From an uncultured archaeon (GTDB taxonomy: Archaea > Asgardarchaeota > Heimdallarchaeia > Heimdallarchaeales > Heimdallarchaeaceae), in the NCBI GenBank assembly GCA_964534625.1, contig CAZHRF010000061.1, positions 807 through 14,470 on the forward strand: DNA of 13,664 nt. Reading direction: 5' to 3'. Below are positions 1-6,222 of this stretch, one piece after another; positions within the stretch are counted from its first letter, which is position 1, and each line of letters begins with the position of its first letter. The position numbers and the translations under genes are program-made. Under the pieces are notes generated by a model. The model was not told the DNA's origin and made no database searches. It was given only the letters and a program-made list of their open reading frames with translations.

Positions 1-245
1 CTTCGTCACCATCTAAAAGCCCATCATCATCCGTATCTGGATTATTTGGGTCTGTATGATAAATAAGTACTTCGTCACCATCTAAAAGCCCATCATCATC
101 CGTATCTGGATTATTTGGGTCTGTTTTTGTATTATAAATCTCAATATTATCATCAAGCCCATCATCATCTGTATCTTTGCGTGTCGGATCAGTATTATAT
201 GTAATTATTTCAATAAAGTCATCAATACCATCTCCGTCTTGATCT
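1..245 (-). repeat. Intragenic 69-bp (23-aa) tandem repeat encoding DxDxDG Ca-binding units
   Basis: Positions 1-55 are identical to 70-124 (period 69). Two more diverged units (DTDDDGLDDNIEI, DQDGDGIDDFIEI) lie at about 140-245. Confidence 0.9.
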
Positions 246-1777
246 CCATGAGCTACGGGATAAATATCAGTGCTGTTAGCACTACCTTCAATTGTGTAAT
301 TAGTTGTCCCAGAATAATCAGACCAATAGTTGCCTGTCTGTTCAGTTACATCATACCAGGTGTTATTTGTAGACTCATCAACCGCTGTATGAGAATATTG
401 ATCTACTAAGAAGATATTATGATGAATGATGTTGTGATCGCTAGACATATAAATTTTTAGCCCCCATGCGCCATTATCAAAAGTATTTTCGACTATCTCA
501 TTTGTACAAGAGTGAGATATAAGTTTCATTGCAAATAGTTGTGTATTCTTGATGTGATTATGTTTTATGCTATTTTGATGAGATTGCTCCAAATATATTC
601 CACGATAATAATTTCCGTAAAGATAGCAATTTTCTATAAAACTATTATTTGTCATAAAAAGACCTATTCCTTGCCAGTAATTATCCCTACTAATTACATT
701 TTTCACACGAATATAAGTGGATTCCCAGATTCTTACGCCACCGTTTAGGTTGTTGTAATAAAGCGAATCTTCTACATAAATGGAGGTACTATGATACAGC
801 TTGATGCTTGAAGCATTAAATGAATCATCATAATTATTAGTTATAGTTACAGATAGACAGTCTACTAATATTAGATGACCTACTGTTTGTGTTAAAGTTG
901 TGAATGAAACCCCATAGATTAATTGTACTTCTTCTCCGTTAATAGTTGTATTAACAAACGAAATTGTCTCCATATACGTTTTTTCGCCATATAACAATAT
1001 ATCATCATTTAGTACGCAATTAGTGACGTCTAGATTATCTGATGTAGATGCAGTTATTCCTGCGTCGTAGTTATCGACAAAATCACAGAAGGTTATCTGG
1101 CCGTGACTTGAAGAACTAAAGTAGATCCCTTTTCTATTAAGCTCGAAGTAAGAATGGCTAATTATTACATTAGACGAACTATGGCAGTAAATGCCAAAAT
1201 ATAAATCATTGTTAAAGAGAATACTTTCATGTACAATAGCATAATGAGCAGCAATAAGGGCAATACCGGCATAAAAATTGTCAGAACTATAACACTCCTC
1301 AATCATTACATTATCAGAATCGAAGATATAAAAGCCATAATAATAATCAGATGCTGAAACCAACTCAATAGTTGCAGTACCGTCCGCAACATAATCTAAG
1401 TATAATCCTTTTTGATTAATTCCGCTTGTACTATAATTACCAATCAGTAAACAATCCCTTATTACAAAATGAGCTGTTGTTTGACTGATAACTATTGCGT
1501 CGGGAGATTCTATGCGCCATCCTTCTATAATATACGGATTAGATTCTGTTCCATTACCTGAGACTACGCCATTAGTACTATTAAATTCTGAATCAGAGGT
1601 AATAGAAATGGGATCATGATCGGTATATGTTGTTGTGAAGATTTTCTCACTATTCCGGGAACTAGTAGCATCAATTGTTACACTTCCCTTTGCAGTTACA
1701 TTTGTATTCTGATAGGTAAAAATACCAGAAAAAACTAAAAGAGTCATAGCTATGAAGATTAATTGTTTTTTTCTCAT
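1..1777 (-). CDS. Secreted/surface protein with right-handed parallel beta-helix (NosD/CASH-like) region followed by acidic Ca-binding DTDDDGL (TSP3-like) repeats; 3' end runs off the window
   Basis: ATG at 1777-1775 gives MRKKQLIFIAMTLLVFSGIF (signal-peptide-like), then HDPISITSDSEF...SGNGTESNPYIIEGW, GNYWSDY and repeats TDPNNPDTDDDGLLDGDEV. The same frame reads at both ends. Its absence from the ORF track is consistent with no stop inside the window. Confidence 0.85.
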   Translation of the reverse strand, partial: MRKKQLIFIAMTLLVFSGIFTYQNTNVTAKGSVTIDATSSRNSEKIFTTTYTDHDPISITSDSEFNSTNGVVSGNGTESNPYIIEGWRIESPDAIVISQTTAHFVIRDCLLIGNYSTSGINQKGLYLDYVADGTATIELVSASDYYYGFYIFDSDNVMIEECYSSDNFYAGIALIAAHYAIVHESILFNNDLYFGIYCHSSSNVIISHSYFELNRKGIYFSSSSHGQITFCDFVDNYDAGITASTSDNLDVTNCVLNDDILLYGEKTYMETISFVNTTINGEEVQLIYGVSFTTLTQTVGHLILVDCLSVTITNNYDDSFNASSIKLYHSTSIYVEDSLYYNNLNGGVRIWESTYIRVKNVISRDNYWQGIGLFMTNNSFIENCYLYGNYYRGIYLEQSHQNSIKHNHIKNTQLFAMKLISHSCTNEIVENTFDNGAWGLKIYMSSDHNIIHHNIFLVDQYSHTAVDESTNNTWYDVTEQTGNYWSDYSGTTNYTIEGSANSTDIYPVAHGDQDGDGIDDFIEIITYNTDPTRKDTDDDGLDDNIEIYNTKTDPNNPDTDDDGLLDGDEVLIYHTDPNNPDTDDDGLLDGDE

Positions 1778-1906
1778 AATAAAAACCCCTATAGGTATTA
1801 GGTTAGTCTAAAGTTTCTACTATAAAATGTTTTTTCCTTAAAGTGCATGTAAGAAATATTTCTAGGGAAAAAAAACTACCAACAAAGAAAAAAGCAACTA
1901 AGATAC

Positions 1907-1914
1907 TTTATAAT
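1907..1914 (+). promoter_or_regulatory. Archaeal TATA box for the MNT-HEPN operon (leaderless start)
   Basis: TTTATAAT ends 24 nt before ATG 1938, and there is no SD motif. Confidence 0.5.
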
Positions 1915-1937
1915 AGTCTCAATATATCTTATAATAT

Positions 1938-2276
1938 ATGATAACATATCCTATCAGAGATAAAATACCCAAAATATTTACCGAAAAAGTGAAAAATCTT
2001 TCAGTTTTCAGTAAAATAATTCTATTTGGATCAACAGCTAAAAAGGAAGATAGATTAGATAGTGATATCGATATTGCTATAATTGGTGAAAAGAATCAGT
2101 TACCTAAAAAAATCAAAGACAAGATAGCTGACATTATAACAGATATCCTCTTAGACTATAGTGTTTTCATTAATTGGATATATTTATCAGAAGATGAGGT
2201 CAATAATCATAGTATACCTATTGTAAAATCAATTATAAATGAAGGTGAAATAGTATGGGTGAAAGAGAGAATTTAA
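1938..2276 (+). CDS. Minimal nucleotidyltransferase (MNT) antitoxin
   Basis: ILFGSTAKKEDRLDSDIDIAI matches the GS-x10-DxD motif; C-terminal IINEGEIVW; 112 aa; adjacent to a HEPN gene. Confidence 0.9.
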   Translation: MITYPIRDKIPKIFTEKVKNLSVFSKIILFGSTAKKEDRLDSDIDIAIIGEKNQLPKKIKDKIADIITDILLDYSVFINWIYLSEDEVNNHSIPIVKSIINEGEIVWVKERI

Positions 2277-2658
2277 TCGAAACTGTAGAGGATTATTTAA
2301 TAGTTCGAATGAGAAAATTGAAAGCGCAAAAATACTATTGGATGAGGAAAAAAATAGAGATTCAATTAGTAGAGCCTATTATGCAGCTTTTTTAGCAGCA
2401 AGAGCTCTTCTTTTATTTATAGGGGAAGAACCAAAAACCCATAGTGGGTTAATAACACTATTTGGACAAAAATTCGTCAAGAATAATAAAGTTGAACCAA
2501 AATATGCCAAAATCATATCTGATTTGCTAAATGCCAGGTTAAATAGTGACTACAAACTAATTACATGGTATTCTCACAAAGATGCAGAAGAATATTTGGA
2601 AAAGGCTAAAGAATTTGTTAGTAAAATGGAAGAAATCTACGATAGCTTGAAGAAATGA
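2255..2658 (+). pseudogene. HEPN-domain protein (SRAYYA/KTH type), apparently split by a 1-nt frameshift near 2299
   Basis: ATG 2255 reads MGERENLIETVEDYL, and the -1 frame continues NSSNEKIESAKILLDEEKNRDSISRAYYA...KTHSG...RLNSDY to stop 2658. The track's TTG 2338 start would remove the first helix. Confidence 0.7.
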
Positions 2659-2971
2659 TACAAAAAGAACAGATATATATCAATTCGTGGATTCCGTGAT
2701 CAAGCTAGTGAAATATAATTAGTTTCGTAATTTAGCGCATTGAGTACGTTCAAAAATATAACTAATGAGATAGAGAAATTGATTGATAGTATAATATATG
2801 TAAGAAAAGGTAGTTTACATATATGACACTTTCGATTTATACACTATAAATGAATTTCATTGTATGTTGTTACATATATCAGTATGGATCACACTTTTTT
2901 ACACTAAACTATTGTTTTAATATTTCCTGTCGTCATCTCTGCTTTATTACCATTCACAGTTTGACAGGATA

Positions 2972-3162
2972 GGGTGAACGTACTCCTTTATAAATAACGT
3001 GAAAATGACTAGAAAAGTGAATCAAAAAGGGAGAAAAAAGAAAAAATGAGTGAAGAAAAAAATAAGGTAAAAATAAGAATGGGGACGTAGGAAAACTGTA
3101 GAAGAGAGAAAGGGAAGAGATGATACGGAAATGTTGGTTGTTTCCACACTGGGAAAAACAAG
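2972..3162 (+). repeat. Left arm of long inverted repeat
   Basis: GTGAACGTACTCCTTTATAAA (2974-2994) is the exact reverse complement of 4211-4231. Collinear matching blocks continue (GTGAAAATGAC, AGAAAAGTGAATCAAAAA, GAGAGAAAG, ATGATACnGAAATGTT, ACACTGGGAAnAACAAG) to 3162. Confidence 0.92.
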
Positions 3163-3301
3163 GGATAACTAAGGAAAACACAACAAACTAGTGTAATAGA
3201 CATAGATGGACTGGATCAATAGTTTATGATAAATAGAGTTTTATTGGCACATGCATACCATTCAGTTTTACTTTTTATCTTTATGTAAATAATACTATGG
3301 T

Positions 3302-3368
3302 TGCTTAGAGTGAAATACAACAAAAATCTGTTGCGCTAGAAAAGACCGCAACAAAAAACTGTTGCATT
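3302..3368. repeat. Block 1: TGCTTAGAGTGAAAT followed by two palindromic units (GCAACA-N6-TGTTGC) at 31-bp period
   Basis: Units start at 3317 and 3348. Confidence 0.9.
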
Positions 3369-3474
3369 TATCTTAGATTGTCTTATTCAACATCATAGCG
3401 CAAATGGAAATGTTTCATTTTTTCTAATTGTAATCAAGTTCAAAATGTCATTTGCATTTTAATAATATTAGAAC

Positions 3475-3571
3475 TGCTTAGAGTGAAATGCAACAAAAAT
3501 CTGTTGCGCTAGAAAAAAACGCAACAAAAAACTGTTGCGCTAGGAAAAAACGCAATAAAAAACTGTTGCAT
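3475..3571. repeat. Block 2: same TGCTTAGAGTGAAAT head followed by three palindromic units at 31-bp period
   Basis: Units start at 3490, 3521 and 3552. The block is a direct repeat of block 1, offset by 173 bp. Confidence 0.9.
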
Positions 3572-3645
3572 CCAGAGATGAAGGCATGAGAAGGAACGAG
3601 AAGAAAGAAAAAAGGAAGAGGGGAAGGGGAGTGTTTCTTCATCAG

Positions 3646-3653
3646 TTTATATA
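3646..3653 (+). promoter_or_regulatory. TATA box for the Cas1-like ORF
   Basis: TTTATATA ends 26 nt before ATG 3679. Confidence 0.5.
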
Positions 3654-3678
3654 GCTGACTCACCTTATAGTAGGTACA

Positions 3679-3993
3679 ATGAAAGAAGTTGTATATATCA
3701 AATCATATGAAAAACCTATAGTCAGATATGGAAAGGTACTAGTTAAATCCAAAGACGGGGATAGAGAATATGAACCTGAAGAGATACACTCACTTGTTGT
3801 GGCATATCCAACCACTTCACAAGTAACAACAGACATTACAACAGTATTTGCTCTTACCAAGAGAAATATACCGATCTATTGGCTTGATGAAAAAAACAAC
3901 TATAGATTTATGGTGTGTACAATAGGACAACAAGATATAGTCAATGGGAAGATGGTGATCAAAATGATACTTCTTTTTCGAGTAAACCATTAA
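3679..3993 (+). CDS. Small protein resembling the N-terminal beta domain of Cas1; lacks the catalytic helical domain
   Basis: VYI...VLVKSKDGDREYEPEEIHSLVV...VTTD...ALTKRNIPIYWLDEKNNYRF follows the Cas1 N-terminal pattern (l.v......iP.e.I..iv.....sitt.....l....Ipi.fld..g.y). Recognised by eye only, with no HMM run. Confidence 0.6.
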   Translation: MKEVVYIKSYEKPIVRYGKVLVKSKDGDREYEPEEIHSLVVAYPTTSQVTTDITTVFALTKRNIPIYWLDEKNNYRFMVCTIGQQDIVNGKMVIKMILLFRVNH

Positions 3994-4042
3994 ATAATTA
4001 TTTAGAAAAACTCAATTCAGATCTCTAGTTTAAATTTTATAT

Positions 4043-4233
4043 CTTGTTCTTCCCAGTGTAAAAACATAGAACATTTCAGTATCATTTCTTCGCTTTCTCT
4101 CGTTTACATCTTCCCTACGCCCTCATTATTATTTTCACCTATTTTTTTCTTGCTTATTTTTCTCTCTTTTCTCCCTTTTTTGATTCACTTTTCTCGTCAT
4201 TTTCACTGTGTTTATAAAGGAGTACGTTCACTC
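4043..4233 (-). repeat. Right arm of long inverted repeat
   Basis: Reverse complement aligns collinearly with 2972-3162. Confidence 0.92.
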
Positions 4234-4247
4234 ATTTAGGGGTATAA

Positions 4248-4541
4248 ATGAAAGATATTGAAACAATAACAAAAATATTACTGGCTAATAAAAAACAACT
4301 TCAAATTGACTACAATGTTGAAGAAATTGGTGTTTTTGGTTCTTACGTTCGCGAAGAGCAATGCTATTCTAGTGATATTGATATTTTAGTCACTTTTAGT
4401 AAACCTATTGGAATGTTTAAATTTCTTGAATTAGAAGAATATCTGTCTTCTTTACTTGGATTACAAGTTGATTTGGTTTCTAAAAAAGCTTTGAAGCCTA
4501 AAATTGGTCAACACATCTTAGAAGAGGTATTAATAATTTGA
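4248..4541 (+). CDS. MNT nucleotidyltransferase antitoxin (MntA-like)
   Basis: GVFGSYVREEQCYSSDIDILV motif; VDLVSKKALKPKI; 4-nt overlap with the DUF86 gene. Confidence 0.92.
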   Translation: MKDIETITKILLANKKQLQIDYNVEEIGVFGSYVREEQCYSSDIDILVTFSKPIGMFKFLELEEYLSSLLGLQVDLVSKKALKPKIGQHILEEVLII

Positions 4542-4876
4542 AGCGTGAGCATTACGATTTCATTAAAGATATTCATGATTCTATTTTAGATATAGCTGAT
4601 TTTACAGCTAATCTAACTTATGAAGAATTTATCGGAGATAAAAAAACAGTCAATGCAGTTATTCGTAGTCTAGAAATAATAGGTGAAGCGTCAAAAAAGA
4701 TTCCTCCTACAATTAGAGAGAAAAATACGGATATACCTTGGAGATTGATGGCAAAAATGAGAGATAAGCTTATTCATCATTATCATGGGGTCGATTTAGA
4801 TATTATCTGGGTTGTTGTCACAGAAGATTTGCATCCATTAGAGGAAGCTATTAAGAAATTGCTAGCTGAACTATAA
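4538..4876 (+). CDS. HepT-like (DUF86) HEPN ribonuclease toxin
   Basis: AVIRSLEIIGEA...IPW...MRDKLIHHY contains the R-x4-H-x-Y motif. Confidence 0.92.
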   Translation: MKREHYDFIKDIHDSILDIADFTANLTYEEFIGDKKTVNAVIRSLEIIGEASKKIPPTIREKNTDIPWRLMAKMRDKLIHHYHGVDLDIIWVVVTEDLHPLEEAIKKLLAEL

Positions 4877-5068
4877 TATTCGTTTTTTCACATTTTTAGA
4901 TATTTTAACAATTCATCTCACCAACAGTTCTCCTTCATCTGACTCCTAGGGGTGAAAAACGTACAGAAGTAATAACATTTTTCAGTATGCTGCAAATTAC
5001 CCTCTTTTCTTATAAAGTGGTTTATACAAGAATATATGAGGATACTATAAGATGTTACCTTATTAGTA

Positions 5069-5090
5069 GGGAGGTAGAATACCTCTTTTT
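5069..5090 (+). terminator. Short hairpin plus T-tract between the convergent TA operons
   Basis: GAGGTA-GAA-TACCTC followed by TTTTT. It lies about 200 nt past the nearest + strand stop, so the assignment is weak. Confidence 0.3.
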
Positions 5091-5195
5091 CGAGTGGAAA
5101 TATAATCTTTTAAGCTAGCCAAAAAGCAATCTAAATATAAAATGAGCCATAAAAAGTGTATTATAAAAACAGATGCAACTTTGACCATTATTAGT

Positions 5196-5528
5196 TTAAG
5201 TTAATATGTCCTTTATTGTTTCTTCAAGTTTAGGAACGTGGTTTATTATTACTTCCCAAAGAATTTCAAGATCTATTGAAAAATAAGCATGGATTAGAAT
5301 ATCACGTAATCCTGCAATTTTTCTCCATTCCATATTTTTTTTTTTTCTTTTTACTTCTTCAGGAATATTCTTAACAGCTTCACCAATAACTTCCAAATTT
5401 CTCATCACTGCATCTTGAATTAGAATTTCCGTTGAAAAATCCTCAAAAGATAGATTTTCAGTGTATTTTCTTATTCTTTTAATAGAATGTAAAATGTCTT
5501 CTAGATACAATTTATATTCCCTTGGCAT
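5196..5528 (-). CDS. HepT-like (DUF86) HEPN ribonuclease toxin
   Basis: DAVMRNLEVIGEAVKNIP...WRKIAGLRDILIHAYF contains the R-x4-H-x-Y motif. Confidence 0.93.
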   Translation of the reverse strand: MPREYKLYLEDILHSIKRIRKYTENLSFEDFSTEILIQDAVMRNLEVIGEAVKNIPEEVKRKKKNMEWRKIAGLRDILIHAYFSIDLEILWEVIINHVPKLEETIKDILT

Positions 5529-5823
5529 AGACTACACTACTCAAAATATTCTCTTTTAACGCTGGCTTAATATTCTCTTTAATTACTAAATCTATTGTAA
5601 GGTGAAAAAGATCTTCTAAGAATATTTTTAACCCCATGTAATTATCAAAACTCTTCTTTCCCTCTTTAAATTCTACTATGAAATCAATGTCACTGGAAGA
5701 AATTTGACCGCTTCTGACAAAAGAACCAAATACACCTAACTTTTTCACTCCGTACAACTTAATTTTATCTTTATTCTTCTGTATTATTTCCAAAATATCA
5801 GAAAGTGTTAGGGTCTGTTCCAT
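5512..5823 (-). CDS. MNT nucleotidyltransferase antitoxin (MntA-like)
   Basis: GVKKLGVFGSFVRSGQISSSDIDFIVEF; overlaps the DUF86 gene; upstream BRE/TATA-like CGAAAGTCATATAT on the minus strand (about 5846-5859). Confidence 0.92.
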   Translation of the reverse strand: MEQTLTLSDILEIIQKNKDKIKLYGVKKLGVFGSFVRSGQISSSDIDFIVEFKEGKKSFDNYMGLKIFLEDLFHLTIDLVIKENIKPALKENILSSVVYAKGI

Positions 5824-5925
5824 AAATTATGTATTGATTAATAAGATATATGACTTTCGAATGTTGAAAAGTATCAATATTAACGATGTTGATTAAGTCA
5901 CCGCCTAACATGTTCAATAGATAAT

Positions 5926-5933
5926 TTTAAATA
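5926..5933 (+). promoter_or_regulatory. Candidate TATA box of the his leader/operon transcript
   Basis: TTTAAATA ends 29 nt before ATG 5962 of the His-rich leader ORF. Confidence 0.45.
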
Positions 5934-5961
5934 ATGCTCAAGTTTTGATTTACTTGATTGT

Positions 5962-6123
5962 ATGGAAAATCCCAGTGTATTTATTAGCTTTCGATATGAA
6001 ATTAAGTTCATTAGAGAGCAGAATATTCAAGGATCTGGGAAAAGAATTGGTTATATTTTTAGCAATTTGAATAGTAACTTTTTAACATCTTCAAATACTG
6101 CTGCCATACATCATCACCATTAA
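5962..6123 (+). CDS. Putative his operon leader peptide (53 aa from ATG 5962, or 18 aa from in-frame TTG 6067) ending in HHHH
   Basis: MENPSVFISFRYEIKFIREQNIQGSGKRIGYIFSNLNSNFLTSSNTAAIHHHH*. CAT CAT CAC CAT TAA at 6109-6123 are the only His codons in the ORF and sit directly upstream of the first his gene. Confidence 0.7.
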   Translation: MENPSVFISFRYEIKFIREQNIQGSGKRIGYIFSNLNSNFLTSSNTAAIHHHH

Positions 6124-6222
6124 GTTTGCCACAATATCTTTCTAGGTTGGCAAGTTGATATTAAAATCAGCTTAGTTGAACTTAGGGGGTGAGTATTGTG
6201 GTCTATTTTAGGAGAGATAGAG
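6124..6222 (+). promoter_or_regulatory. Candidate attenuator RNA with alternative pairings over the hisIE ribosome-binding region
   Basis: CCACAATA 6129-6136 pairs with TATTGTGG 6194-6201. 6138-6148 pairs with 6179-6189 (with G-U). Inner hairpin at 6152-6173. Alternatively TATCTTTCT 6135-6143 pairs with GGAGAGATA 6211-6219. Confidence 0.55.

Larger units (their letters stand above)
2972..4233. mobile_element. Putative non-autonomous element with long terminal inverted repeats, carrying a Cas1-N-terminal-like ORF
   Basis: About 190-bp imperfect inverted repeats at both ends with a perfect outer 21 bp, internal palindromic repeats and a single small ORF. No target-site duplication is visible. 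Confidence 0.6.

Noticed and set aside
539-748. 69-aa + strand ORF
   Set aside because: Antisense shadow inside the long minus-strand surface-protein gene.
2294-2302. Canonical programmed -1 frameshift in the HEPN gene
   Set aside because: T TTA ATA is not an X XXY YYZ heptamer and no downstream stimulatory structure is evident.
2819-2836. ATATATGACACTTTCGA resembling the minus-strand promoter motif at 5846-5859
   Set aside because: No ORF follows on the minus strand and the match is short and AT-rich, so it is too weak to call.
2954-3203. Minus-strand ORFs 2954-3181 and 3009-3203
   Set aside because: Phe/Ser/Leu-rich translations of the polypurine inverted-repeat arm with no protein-like features.
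3302-3571. CRISPR array next to a cas1-like gene
   Set aside because: The sequences between dyads are 13 bp and almost identical, so there are no unique spacers of CRISPR length.
3478-3860. Minus-strand ORFs 3478-3663 and 3660-3860
   Set aside because: They run through the repeat block or lie antisense to the Cas1-like ORF.
2940-4260. Target-site duplication for the inverted-repeat element
   Set aside because: The flanks (..TTGACAGGATA and ATTTAGGGGTAT..) share no convincing direct repeat.
3967-5095. 17-bp near-direct repeat ATAC(T/C)TCTTTTTCGAGT at 3967-3983 and 5079-5095
   Set aside because: Short and T-rich, plausible by chance in this AT-rich sequence, and it does not match the element boundaries.
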